Assembly (NCBI GenBank): GCA_051002135.1
Contig: JBPCMQ010000004.1
Span: 2,095 to 66,094, forward strand
Source of the DNA: Chloroflexota bacterium
Lineage (GTDB): Bacteria; Chloroflexota; UBA5177
Direction: 5' to 3'
DNA: 64,000 bases
Made by a program: the position numbers and the translations under genes. Shown one piece after another: positions 9,782 to 19,405 of the stretch. The stretch's first letter is position 1; every line of letters starts with the position of its first letter. Under the pieces are notes generated by a model. It saw only the letters and a list, made by a program, of their open reading frames with translations. It made no database searches and had not been told where the DNA came from.

Positions 9782-11503
9782 GATTTCGGCATTCTCGAGG
9801 AGGCCGAGATCGACGAGGCGCAGGAGGCCAAGCTCGGCCGCCTCTTCGCCCAGCAGTACGAGCTGATCACCCGCGAGGAGCGCCTCGATATCGTGGGCCG
9901 GGACATCGTCGACCACTTCCTCGGCCGCGGCTTCGCCGGCAAGGCCATGGTCGTCTCCATCGACAAGGCCACCGCCCTCCGCACCTACGACAAGGTCCAG
10001 AAGCACTGGCAGGCACGACTCTCCGCCAAACTAGCCCGCCTCGCGAACGATGCACTCTCTGAAGAGGAAGCAGAGCTCCTCCACGAGGAGATCGCGTGGA
10101 TGCAATCCACCGACATGGCGGTCGTCATCTCCTCCTCGCAGAACGAGATTGCCGAGATGGCGGAGCGTGGACTCGACATAACCTCGCACCGGCGGCGGAT
10201 GGTCGAGGAGGATCTCGACGAGAATTTCAAGAATCCGGCAAATCCCCTGCGGATCGCCTTTGTCTGCGCCATGTGGACCACCGGCTTCGACGTGCCCTCC
10301 TGCTCGACCATCTACCTCGACAAGCCGATGCGCAACCACTCCTTGATGCAAACCATCTCCCGCGCCAATCGCGTGTTCCCCGAGAAGAACAACGGCGTGA
10401 TCGTCGCATACGTCGACGTCTTCCGCGATCTCCAGAAGGCGCTGGCGCTCTACGCGGTCACCGGGGGCATCGGCAAGGGGGCCATCGACACTGGTGTCCT
10501 CCCCATCGAAGAGAAGGCCGTCTTGGTCGACGAGCTCCGGGACGCGGTGGACGATGCGGTCTCGTACTGCTCGAACCGAGGAGTGCTTCTTGGCGCTCTC
10601 ACCGGCCTGCAGGGGTTCGAATTCGTCCAGGCGGCCGGCGACGCCGTCGAGCAGCTGATCGTCAACGATGAGGAGAAGGCGGCATTCCTCGACCACGCCA
10701 AGCTGGTCGACCGGCTCTTCAAGGCCATCCTGCCCGATCCCAGCGCCTCCGAGTTCGGCCCGATGCGGGGGGTCCTCGTCCACCTGTCCCGCACCATCGC
10801 GGACTTCTCGCCGCGGGTCGACGTGAGCCCGGTTCTGCGTCGCGTCGAGCAGCTCCTCGACGACTCGGTTGCCGCCAAAGCCTACGTGATCCACGAAGAC
10901 CGCGCGCCCTATCAGATCGACCTCAACGACGTGGACTGGCAGGCGCTCGAGCAGACCTTCCAGCAGGGTCACAAGCGCACCGCGGCCGAGCGGCTCCGAT
11001 CAATGCTGACCACCCGCGTGATGAACCTCGCCCGCCTCAACCCGACGCGGACCGACCTCCTCGAGCGCTTCCAACGACTGATCGACGAGTACAACGCGGG
11101 CTCGAGCAACGTCGAGGAATTCTTCCAGCGGCTGATCGCGTTCACCAAGGACCTCACCGCCGAAGAGCAGCGTACCGTCGCTGAGCATCTTACCGAAGAG
11201 CAGCTCGCCGTGTACGACCTCCTGATGCGTCCCTCGCCCGAGCTGAGCGACGCCGAACAGTCGCAGGTCAAGCGGGTCGCCGAGTCGTTGCTCGACGTCC
11301 TCAAACGCGAGAAGTTGGTCCTCGACTGGCGCAAAGAGCAGCGCTCCCGCGCCTCGGTGCGGCTGACGGTCGAGGAGAAGCTGGACGAGCTGCCGGAGAC
11401 ATTCACCCGGCAGCTCTACGCACAGAAGTGCGACGTCGTCTACCAGCACGTGTTCGACAGCTACTGGGACGACGGGCAGAGTGTTTACGACCGGGTTGCA
11501 TGA
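9782..11503 (+). pseudogene. hsdR: Type I restriction enzyme HsdR, C-terminal fragment lacking the nuclease domain and helicase motifs I-II
   Basis: HsdR-specific motifs 'IVDHFLGRGFAGKAMVV' and 'LRIAFVCAMWTTGFDVPSCSTIYLDKPMRNHSLMQTISRANRVFP'. The frame opens at 9743 after a TAA. There is no start codon before 9893, and homology begins around 9782. Confidence 0.7.
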
Positions 11504-11625
11504 CGGTAGAGCCGGCAGGACTCCCGACACGCGCCACCGTGAAGTAACGGGAGAGCCGTCACCTTACGGCTCTCGGCACAATTTGGCGCGGACCGCTCAA
11601 GGGGGGCCTAAAGTTCCGAACCCGT

Positions 11626-11934
11626 TTACGCGAGAGGCTCGCCTTCGAGTGGAATCTTGGCTTCTGTCCAGCGTATCGAGTAGCGCGCTGCGGCACGCCT
11701 AACGACTCCGTACGACGTTCGTGGATTGCTGTGCTGAATCCTGATGTGATCTTGGATTAGATCGAGGAGCACTTCGTCAACAGATTTATCGCGCCGCTCA
11801 GCCATCTCGTCGAGTTCGAGGTAGTCGACTATTGGCATCTTCAAATAGATCGCCGTATCAGTAGGCGCCGTCTTCGGACGCGCCCGCTCGGTGACGCGAA
11901 TGTATGGCTCGTGCTTGTCCGGCTCGGCGCTCAT
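11626..11934 (-). CDS. Ribbon-helix-helix antitoxin (BrnA-like) of a type II TA pair
   Basis: 102 aa. A beta-strand followed by helices 'TAIYLKMPIVDYLELDEMAERRDKSVDEVLLDLIQDH'. Its start overlaps the upstream toxin stop (ATGA, 11931-11934). Confidence 0.5.
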   Translation of the reverse strand: MSAEPDKHEPYIRVTERARPKTAPTDTAIYLKMPIVDYLELDEMAERRDKSVDEVLLDLIQDHIRIQHSNPRTSYGVVRRAAARYSIRWTEAKIPLEGEPLA

Positions 11935-12290
11935 GTCAGGCTACGCTTGAAGTCCCAGTACATACCTTCATAGTACTTACTATCGGGCTCATAGGCTGTC
12001 CATGCAAGCCAAACTCCCCGATGATCAGAAGGCACGAGTGCAGTTAGCAGAAATCGGCCCTTGCGTGTGTAGCCAAGCATTATGAGAGGCGCTCCCCGGT
12101 CTCCTTCCGAATAGCCCGTGTTGTACGCGAACTCGGCGCCGTTTGGGTCTTGATAGCACTGCAAGACCTCGGCGAATCGGACACGATGATCCCCGAGCTG
12201 AACGTGATCATCGAAGTTCGCGTCTCGCACGATCTCGTCAACGCCACCGTACCGGTCGAAGTACCAATTAGCGTCTTCCACTCCGCGCAT
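11931..12290 (-). CDS. BrnT-like toxin (DUF497 family ribonuclease)
   Basis: 119 aa. 'DHVQLGDHRVRFAEVLQCYQDP' matches the DUF497 pattern W..N..KHGV.F.EA..VF.DP, and 'GRFLLTALV...RGVWLAWTAYEPD' matches GRLL.VV.T.R..IRIISAR. Toxin-first gene order as in brnTA. Confidence 0.55.
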   Translation of the reverse strand: MRGVEDANWYFDRYGGVDEIVRDANFDDHVQLGDHRVRFAEVLQCYQDPNGAEFAYNTGYSEGDRGAPLIMLGYTRKGRFLLTALVPSDHRGVWLAWTAYEPDSKYYEGMYWDFKRSLT

Positions 12291-12380
12291 TCTCTGCTTT
12301 TAGGCGGCACTGTCCCTTTGTTAGCGAGCGGGCTTGTAGCGAACGCAGAGCCGGACGAGCTCCCCGTGCGGCCCAACAGG

Positions 12381-12473
12381 CCAACTGTACGCGCAGAAGT
12401 GGGACGTCGTCTATCAGCACGTGTTCGGCAGCTACTGGGACGACGGACGAAGTGTTTACGATCGAGTGGCGTA
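12381..12473 (+). repeat. Second copy (~85% identity) of the hsdR 3' terminus (last 30 codons plus stop)
   Basis: Encodes 'QLYAQKWDVVYQHVFGSYWDDGRSVYDRVA*', compared with 'QLYAQKCDVVYQHVFDSYWDDGQSVYDRVA*' at 11411-11503. Confidence 0.8.
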
Positions 12474-12714
12474 GGGCGTGGACGGGGGAAAGTTTGCCGA
12501 CCCGCGCGGTCCCAACTCACAATCCACTCCGTGTTCAACGTGTAGGTGACAACGGACGGCGCAATGGGCAACGCGGGTCGCGCACCAGGCGATGACGCTA
12601 CGGGCCACGTGTGGACAACGCGGTCGATCCAATGGGCGGCACGAGTCACGCGTATATTCGATGAACCCGCCTGCTCCGAATCCACCCACCATCCCGACGA
12701 CCTCGTGCTACCAT

Positions 12715-12830
12715 GAGGTGCAGCTAGGGGAGCGCGTTTTTCGCGCTGAGAGTGTGGCTGAGGCCGCAGACCCTTGAACCTGATCCGGGTAATTCCGGCG
12801 TAGGGAAGACTCCAAGCGACTTTCCGCTCC
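12715..12830 (+). promoter_or_regulatory. TPP (THI-box) riboswitch
   Basis: 'ctaGGGGaGC...GCTGAGAgtgtggctgaggccgcagACCCTTGAACCTGATCCGGGTAATTCCGGCGTAGGGAAG' is a near-consensus THI element, sitting directly upstream of the 12841 operon. Confidence 0.85.
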
Positions 12831-12840
12831 CACCTGCGGT

Positions 12841-13932
12841 GTGAGCGGTTATTTTTTGGAGAGTCGTGTGCGGGGTGAGCTGAGACCGGCTGCCGGCAAG
12901 GTGTCGAGCTCGCTGTTCGAGCGGGTCATCAAGCCGTCGCTCGGCGCGGGTCGCCACGACGTCGTGGTGGGTCCGCGGTCTGGGGTCGATGTGGGCGTTC
13001 TCAATATTGGGAGCGGACAGGTCATGGTGCTGACCTGCGACCCGCTGTTTGTCATGCCGGCATACGGGTGGCGCCGCGCGGCCTGGTTCGCGGTTCATAT
13101 CGTTGCTTCAGACGCGGCGACGTCGGGTCTCTGCCCCAGCCTCTGCGCGATCGACCTGAATCTCCCTCTGGACATGACCGACGACGAGCTGGCCCTTTTA
13201 TGGGAGGGAATCCACGAGACCTGCCGGGACACCGGCGTCGCTATCGTAACCGGACACACCGGAAGGTACGAAGGGTGTGCGTACCCCATGCTGGGCGCGT
13301 GTACGATGATGAGCATCGGCTCCGCGGATGGATACGTGACGCCGGACATGGCCCGCGTTGGGGACGAGGTGGTCATCACCAAGGGTGCGGCCATCGAGAC
13401 GACGGGGCAGCTGGGCGTCGTTTTCGAACGTCGCATATGCGATGCTCTCGGTCCCGACGTTGCGCGTGAAGCCGCCGCGCTGTTTTTTCACATGTCCGTC
13501 GTGAAGGATGCGTCCATTGCCGCCGAGATTGGGGTACGCGACGCGGGCGTCACGGGCATGCACGATGCTACCGAGCGCGGTGTGTGGGGCGGGCTGGTGG
13601 AGATCGCGGAAGCAGCGGGGGTGGGATTGACGATCGATGGTGACGCCATTCCGGTTCGACCGGAGGTCGCTGCCGTTTGCGGTCTCTTCCGTATTGATCC
13701 GTTCACGGCGAGCAGCGAGGGGACGCTCCTCATCACCTGCCGGCCATCGAAGGCGGCATGCCTGGTCCAACGACTGCAAGATGAGGGAATCCAGGCCGCA
13801 CGCATTGGCGAGGTGCTGCCGCCGGAGTGTGGGCTGTCCGTGACACTCGAGGGCCGCGCCACTCGCTTGCAGTCTCCGGAGACGGATCCCTTCTGGCCCG
13901 CGTTCACGGCTGCCCTCGAGGAAAGCCGATGA
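12841..13932 (+). CDS. AIR synthase-related protein (PurM-like superfamily; HypE/ThiL-like fold), first gene of the TPP-riboswitch operon
   Basis: 'VHIVASDAATSGLCP' and 'GVAIVTGHTGRYEGC' match PurM-like N- and C-domain signatures. It lacks the SelD Cys/Sec loop. Confidence 0.7.
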   Translation: MSGYFLESRVRGELRPAAGKVSSSLFERVIKPSLGAGRHDVVVGPRSGVDVGVLNIGSGQVMVLTCDPLFVMPAYGWRRAAWFAVHIVASDAATSGLCPSLCAIDLNLPLDMTDDELALLWEGIHETCRDTGVAIVTGHTGRYEGCAYPMLGACTMMSIGSADGYVTPDMARVGDEVVITKGAAIETTGQLGVVFERRICDALGPDVAREAAALFFHMSVVKDASIAAEIGVRDAGVTGMHDATERGVWGGLVEIAEAAGVGLTIDGDAIPVRPEVAAVCGLFRIDPFTASSEGTLLITCRPSKAACLVQRLQDEGIQAARIGEVLPPECGLSVTLEGRATRLQSPETDPFWPAFTAALEESR

Positions 13933-14705
13933 AGCTCGAGGCGGCCGCGGTCTCGAAACACTTCCGCCTCGATGGCGGAACGCTCACCGCACTCGAGAAC
14001 GTATCTCTTTCGGTGCGTCCGGGAGAATTTGTCAGTCTTGTCGGGCCGAGCGGCTGCGGCAAGAGCACGCTCTTCAACATTCTGGCCGGGTTGGAGCTTC
14101 CGGACGGCGGCAACGTTCGTATCGACGGCATGGACGTGACGGGGCGCCTCGGTCTGGTCGCTTACATGCCGCAGAAGGATCTCCTGCTGCCGTGGAAGTC
14201 CGTGCTGGACAACACGGTTGTTGGCGCGCGGCTGAGGGGAATATCGAAGGCGGATGCGCGCCGGGAGGCTCTTGCCTGGTTCCATCGCTTCGGGCTACAG
14301 GGATTCGAGCGTTCCTACCCGGCAGCGCTTTCGGGAGGCATGCGGCAGCGAGCAGCGCTGCTCCGCACGCTGCTGTGCAGGCGGGAGATCCTGTTGCTCG
14401 ATGAGCCGTTTGGGGCGCTTGACGCTCTCACGCGCATCGACATGCAGACGTGGCTGGTTGACATACGCCGCGAGCTCGACAACACGATCGTGCTCATTAC
14501 CCATGACGTGGACGAGGCCATCTATTTGTCGGACAGGGTATTCGTCATGAGCTCTCGACCCGGACGCGTGCTCGCCGATGTACCGATCCTCGTCGAGCGA
14601 CGGGGTGAACACGAGGAGACCGCGACCTCACCGGCGTTTGTAGGGGTGAAGCGCGATCTTCTGCGTCTGTTACGTCCCAATGGGGCTCACGAGGAGGTAG
14701 CGTGA
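13929..14705 (+). CDS. ABC transporter ATP-binding protein, NitT/TauT family (ThiZ-like)
   Basis: Walker A 'GPSGCGKST'. Signature 'LSGGMRQR'. Walker B 'LLLDEPFGALD'. H-loop 'ITHD'. ATGA overlap with the upstream gene. Confidence 0.85.
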   Translation: MKLEAAAVSKHFRLDGGTLTALENVSLSVRPGEFVSLVGPSGCGKSTLFNILAGLELPDGGNVRIDGMDVTGRLGLVAYMPQKDLLLPWKSVLDNTVVGARLRGISKADARREALAWFHRFGLQGFERSYPAALSGGMRQRAALLRTLLCRREILLLDEPFGALDALTRIDMQTWLVDIRRELDNTIVLITHDVDEAIYLSDRVFVMSSRPGRVLADVPILVERRGEHEETATSPAFVGVKRDLLRLLRPNGAHEEVA

Positions 14706-15607
14706 GCAGAAGCCAATCTCGCGCCCCGTCCCGAAGGGTGGAGGCTGAGAAGATTCGCGGACATCGCCTGCTGCGGCTCGTCCCGCCGATTGCCCTGGTG
14801 GCCGCCGCGCTCTCGCTATGGGAGGCGGTGGTCGATATCCGCCACGTCCCGGATTACCTTTTGCCCGCGCCGTCCGAGATCTGGCGGACGACGCTCAGTG
14901 AGCGTGATCTCCTCTTCGTCAATACCCTCCCGACACTGGAGATTGCGGTTCTGGGTTTTTCTCTCGCCCTTGTGGCCGGTCTCGCCATCGCTCTTGCCAT
15001 TCACTTCTCGCGAGCGGTCGAGCTTGCGTTCTACCCGATGGTCATTGCGTCGCAGGCAGTCCCCGTGCTCGCACTCGCGCCCATCCTGGTGATTCTCATG
15101 GGATTCTCGATCTTCCCAAAGCTCGTGGTGGTGGCTCTGATCTGCTTCTTTCCCATCACGGTCAATGCCGTGGACGGGATGAAGAGCGTCGATCGCGATC
15201 TTGTCAACCTGATGCGGACGATGGGCGCCAACCGCTGGCACGTTCTGCGCGACGTGGAGCTTCCGACCGCGCTACCTTTCTTTTTCTCCGGCGCCAAGAT
15301 CGCGGTGACCTTCAGCGTCGTTGGATCGCTCTACGGGGACTGGGTCGGCGGCTCGTCAGGGAGCCTGGCGCTGGTGATCATACAGGCTCAGTCCCGGTTC
15401 GACACGGCGGTGCTGTTCTCGGCCATGGCCATCCTGACGATCATCGGCGTTGCGCTCTTCGCGCTGCTCTCTTTCGTGGAATGGCTTGCGATGCCGTGGC
15501 GCCGCGCCCAGCGCTTTCCCGCCGCGGGACATCAAGATCCAAAGACATCTGACCAGGGGGATGAGCGTGTCACGGACGGACAGAGGAACAGGGAGAGATA
15601 TGCGTAA
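14702..15607 (+). CDS. ABC transporter permease (BPD_transp_1; ThiX/SsuC-like)
   Basis: Six predicted TM helices. GTGA overlap with the ATPase gene. The C-terminal ~40 aa may be run-on sequence. Confidence 0.8.
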   Translation: MSRSQSRAPSRRVEAEKIRGHRLLRLVPPIALVAAALSLWEAVVDIRHVPDYLLPAPSEIWRTTLSERDLLFVNTLPTLEIAVLGFSLALVAGLAIALAIHFSRAVELAFYPMVIASQAVPVLALAPILVILMGFSIFPKLVVVALICFFPITVNAVDGMKSVDRDLVNLMRTMGANRWHVLRDVELPTALPFFFSGAKIAVTFSVVGSLYGDWVGGSSGSLALVIIQAQSRFDTAVLFSAMAILTIIGVALFALLSFVEWLAMPWRRAQRFPAAGHQDPKTSDQGDERVTDGQRNRERYA

Positions 15608-16619
15608 AACACAGCGAATCGGCGTAAGAGTCGTGCCGGTCCTGCTTGCGGGGTACCTCGCGCTCGGCGGCACAGCGGGCTTGGGACATGGCACCGCGGC
15701 CGGCCTCCAGCACGCGTCGATCGTGCTGGACTGGTATCCCAATTCCGATCATGGTGGTCTCTATACAGCTATCCGGCAGGGATTTTTCCGGAAAGCCGGA
15801 ATCGACATGACCGCTCGCGTGCCGTCCGATACCAGCGCGCAGATTCGACTCGTCGCTGCTGGGGCTGCCGACTTTGGCATTTCCTATGAAACCGATCTAC
15901 TGGCTGCCCGCGCGCACCGCATCCCGGTCCGTTCGGTGATGTGCATCATGCAGCACCCTCTCGACACCGTCATGACGTTACGAACCTCCGGCATCACGCG
16001 TCCGCGCCGGCTCGCCGGCCACAGCGTCGGCATGGCCGGATCTCCCAGCGATGAGCCCATCGTCAGTGCCATGATGACGCACGACGGCTCGTCCATCGGT
16101 CGGGCGCACATGGTGAATGTCGGCTACAACCTCTTGCCGGCGTTGCTGAGCAAGAAGGTAGACGCCATCGTGGGCGTGTACTGGACGTGGGAGGCAATTC
16201 AGGCGCGGCAGCGCGGCTACGCGGTCAACGTCATGCGCGTGGAGCGCTGGGGCGTGCCCAACTACTGTGAGCTGGTGCTGGTGGTGAGCGAGCGGACGAT
16301 ACGAACGCGGCCCGGGTTTGTCCGGGCGACCGTGCAGGCGCTGCAGAAAGGCTATAGGTTGGCCGAAGCGCGTCCGGAGATTGCCGTACGGAGCCTGTCC
16401 GTCGCGGACAGGACGTACTCCAAGGGGCGGAACAAGGCTCTCGTGCTCGAGAGCATACGTCTCCTGCGCTCGGTCGTGGGAAGTGCCCGGACAATCGGAT
16501 ACCAAAGTCCGCCGCAGTGGCGTCACTATGCCGGCTGGTTGGCCAGGAACAAGCTGATTGACGGACGAGTGGATGCCCGCGCCGCCTTTACCAATCAGTT
16601 TCTGGGTCAGATTCGATGA
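15600..16619 (+). CDS. NMT1/THI5-like periplasmic substrate-binding protein (ThiY-like, pyrimidine-precursor binding)
   Basis: Signal peptide 'RIGVRVVPVLLAGYLALGG'. 'LDWYPNSDHGGLYTAIRQGFFRKAGIDM' is characteristic of the NMT1/THI5 family. Confidence 0.8.
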   Translation: MRKTQRIGVRVVPVLLAGYLALGGTAGLGHGTAAGLQHASIVLDWYPNSDHGGLYTAIRQGFFRKAGIDMTARVPSDTSAQIRLVAAGAADFGISYETDLLAARAHRIPVRSVMCIMQHPLDTVMTLRTSGITRPRRLAGHSVGMAGSPSDEPIVSAMMTHDGSSIGRAHMVNVGYNLLPALLSKKVDAIVGVYWTWEAIQARQRGYAVNVMRVERWGVPNYCELVLVVSERTIRTRPGFVRATVQALQKGYRLAEARPEIAVRSLSVADRTYSKGRNKALVLESIRLLRSVVGSARTIGYQSPPQWRHYAGWLARNKLIDGRVDARAAFTNQFLGQIR

Positions 16620-16643
16620 TTGCGGTGTATCACCGGAGCTCGA

Positions 16644-17303
16644 CTAGATAGAGGCGGTATCTCGCTCCTGGCTGGCCGTGGTCTCCTCGTCTCTTGCTTT
16701 TCGTGCCCTCTTCCGCCGAACATGCAGCACGTACAGGACCACCACCGCGAGGGCAGCCACGACCACGCCGCCGATTCCGACTGCCGTTTCCACTTTATGG
16801 AGCAGCTGCAGATTCTTACCCAGCTCGAAGGCGAGCATTCCGAAAAGGACAGCCCAGCAGATCCCGCCGGTGGCATTGAAAAACAGAAATTTCGGCCAGG
16901 GCATGCGATTGACACCCGCCAGGAAAGCCGCCCAAGCACGCAGTACCGCGACGAATCGTCCGAGAAATACCGTTTTGTCCCCATGGCGTTGGAAGAACGC
17001 CTCAGCCAATCGCAGCTTTGCCTCGTCTAGACGCACGTACTTGCCGTAACGCAGGACGACTTGACGTCCCGCTGTGTGGCCGATCACGTACCCGATGTTG
17101 TCGCCAATGATAGCCCCGGCGGCGCCAAAGCCGATGACCAGTGGGATCTGCAGATTCCCCGCGCCCGCATACACCCCGGCGGTCACCAGCATCGTCTCGC
17201 CGGGGAATGGAATCCCGGTGGACTCGACCGCGACGAACACGAAAACCGCCAGGTAGCCCCAAGTGTTCAGCAGGTGTTCGAGAGCCGTGGTCGAGAAGTG
17301 CAC
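16644..17303 (-). CDS. DedA family membrane protein
   Basis: 'GIPFPGETMLVTAGV...' DedA/SNARE-associated motif. Polytopic. Basic C-terminal tail. Confidence 0.85.
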   Translation of the reverse strand: MHFSTTALEHLLNTWGYLAVFVFVAVESTGIPFPGETMLVTAGVYAGAGNLQIPLVIGFGAAGAIIGDNIGYVIGHTAGRQVVLRYGKYVRLDEAKLRLAEAFFQRHGDKTVFLGRFVAVLRAWAAFLAGVNRMPWPKFLFFNATGGICWAVLFGMLAFELGKNLQLLHKVETAVGIGGVVVAALAVVVLYVLHVRRKRARKARDEETTASQERDTASI

Positions 17304-17478
17304 GCGTCATCCTTTGCTCGGACTATGATCCGCCGGCGGGTGCCCAAGCCTGGTCCACTCCATTGTGGCGGACTCGGCTCTCGCGCTCGACGCGCCTGCG
17401 CCAATCTCCGCCTCTTCGCACAAACAGATGGAGCGGCCACGAATTGGCCACGCGAAGAATTGGCCACGCGAAGAATTG

Positions 17479-17513
17479 CCGGTCCGCGGGCAGGGACTCC
17501 GCCTGCGGACCGG
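17479..17513 (-). terminator. Candidate intrinsic terminator hairpin downstream of the 17537 surface-protein gene
   Basis: CCGGTCCGCGG ... CTGCGGACCGG inverted repeat (one mismatch) with a 10-nt loop. Weak T-run on the minus strand. Confidence 0.3.
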
Positions 17514-17536
17514 CGTACGACGTTCCTCGCTCGAGC

Positions 17537-19405
17537 CTACCTCCTGATCAAGAACGATCCGAATGTCTTGGCCGTCTGCAGACCCCTCCACAGCTGGAAG
17601 TGGACGTACACCCTCCTGGAGAATCGATTCGTTGCTCCGTAAGGAATGCGGAACTGCTTCGTCCAGTGTCCGGTTGAGTCTGTCCGGGTTCGGTAATCGT
17701 AGTGCCGGCCCGTGGGGAAATTGATGTGCACCCAGATGATCGTAACCGCCGCCACGTTTGCCTGCGCATCTATGCGATTCTTTTCGCCGGCTCGAACCGT
17801 GTGACGCTGCGTGCGCACGTAGACGAAGCCGATGTGGGGAGGAACGGGCGTCGCCGTCGGGGTGGGCGTGTTCGTCGGGATCGGCGTGGCACTGGGCGTT
17901 GGCGTGGACGTCGGAGTCGGCGGCACTCCCTGGATCGTGAGCGTGGTCGTCGTGGTGACGCCGATCGAAGCCTGACTGGCCGTGACGGCCACCGAGCTCG
18001 ACGTCGCGCCCGCGGGAATCGTGAGCGCGGTGAGGATCACGCCCGAGGCATCCGGTTGCGTTGTCGCCGAGATCGTCTGAACGCCGCCATTGACGGTCAC
18101 TTGAGCCGCGACCGTCACCGGTGTGCCGGGAAGGAACCCACTACCCGAGACCGCGACCGCGTTCCCGGGAGTGACAGTCGATGGCGTGAGGACCAGCGCG
18201 GGATTGAGGTTGGCCACGTTGAGCTTGGTGCTGGCGGTGAGCGTGCCGGTGGTGGTGGTCTGAGTGGCAACGACCGTGACGCTGTTGGAGGCGGAGTTCG
18301 CGGGAATCGGCAATGCAACCGAGAATGCGCCGTTATTGTCGGTGGCGGCGTTTACCTGAACCGTCTGGACGGTGCCGTCCTTCTGTGGGACCTGGGCGCT
18401 GATGGTTACCGTCGCGTTCGGCGCGAAGAATTGCCCGGTGATGGTGGCGCTTCCGCCCGCTCCCGCCGTGGCCGGTGAAACCGTGATTGACGATGCCGAG
18501 GTGACCGTGAGCTGTCCGGTTGCGGTGCGGTGTGAGCTTTCGCCGGTTGCCGTGACCGTGTACTTACCCGGGACGACGTTCGGCAGAACGTAGAGCAAGA
18601 CGTTGGCTAGGGCGCCGGCCTGATCGCCCGTGCCCGATCCGATCACCTGTTGCGTGCCGCCGCTGGTGAGGTTCGCGGTGTAGGAGACATCGATCCTTTC
18701 TCCCGGCAGGAAGTTCGTCCCGGACGCCGTGAAGGTCGTGTAGGCGCCGGCAGGCACCGAAGACGGTGTGAGAACGAGGCTGGTGGCCTGGCCAACCGTC
18801 AGCGTGCCGGTCTGGACGACGCCGCTGCCCTGTAGGAATCGAACCGCGTAGGTGGAGCTGACGGCCGTGGCCGGCACCGCCAGGGTTGTCGCGAAACCAC
18901 CATTGCCACCAACTTGAACTGCCTGGTTTACGGGTTGCGTGCCTCCGCCCGCCAGATTGAAGGTGACGGATAACGTGAGAACGACGTTGGGCGCGAAGCC
19001 CGAGCCGCCGACGGTCACCGTTCCTCCCGGCCCTACCGACGAGGGGGTGAAGGACACCTGAGGATTTCCCACCTGCAGGATAGCCATCGCGGAGATTCCG
19101 GCGCAGATCCCGGTGACGGTGTAAGTCCCGGATTGGGTCCCGGTCGGGATCGACACCGTAATCGAAAACCTGCCGGAGGGGTCGCTGCTGACATTCGACC
19201 CGACGAACTGCGGACTGGTGTTGATCGTAATTGAGCACGGCTGTGATGCGGGGAAGTTCACTCCGATCACGGTCACCGGACCGCCTGGGGCAACCACCGC
19301 GCTCGACAGCGACAGCGCCGGTGCCCCCACTCCGCTTGGCGCCGCCCTCGCTACCTGCCACGGGATCACCAGCGCGGCCAGCGCAATGACAAAAACTCTC
19401 TTCAT
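17537..19405 (-). CDS. Secreted cell-surface protein with multiple Ig-like (Big/IPT-type) repeats and a PT-rich linker
   Basis: Signal peptide 'MKRVFVIALAALVIPWQVARA'. Repeated ~90-aa beta-rich modules. 'TPTSTPTPSATPIPTNTPTPTATP' linker followed by a C-terminal domain. Confidence 0.7.
   Translation of the reverse strand: MKRVFVIALAALVIPWQVARAAPSGVGAPALSLSSAVVAPGGPVTVIGVNFPASQPCSITINTSPQFVGSNVSSDPSGRFSITVSIPTGTQSGTYTVTGICAGISAMAILQVGNPQVSFTPSSVGPGGTVTVGGSGFAPNVVLTLSVTFNLAGGGTQPVNQAVQVGGNGGFATTLAVPATAVSSTYAVRFLQGSGVVQTGTLTVGQATSLVLTPSSVPAGAYTTFTASGTNFLPGERIDVSYTANLTSGGTQQVIGSGTGDQAGALANVLLYVLPNVVPGKYTVTATGESSHRTATGQLTVTSASSITVSPATAGAGGSATITGQFFAPNATVTISAQVPQKDGTVQTVQVNAATDNNGAFSVALPIPANSASNSVTVVATQTTTTGTLTASTKLNVANLNPALVLTPSTVTPGNAVAVSGSGFLPGTPVTVAAQVTVNGGVQTISATTQPDASGVILTALTIPAGATSSSVAVTASQASIGVTTTTTLTIQGVPPTPTSTPTPSATPIPTNTPTPTATPVPPHIGFVYVRTQRHTVRAGEKNRIDAQANVAAVTIIWVHINFPTGRHYDYRTRTDSTGHWTKQFRIPYGATNRFSRRVYVHFQLWRGLQTAKTFGSFLIRR

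Noticed and set aside
12841-13932. PurM-like protein as selenophosphate synthetase SelD, which would support the Sec hypothesis
   Set aside because: It lacks the N-terminal glycine-rich Cys/Sec loop of SelD. Its sequence is closer to HypE/ThiL-type AIR-synthase-related proteins, and it sits behind a TPP riboswitch.
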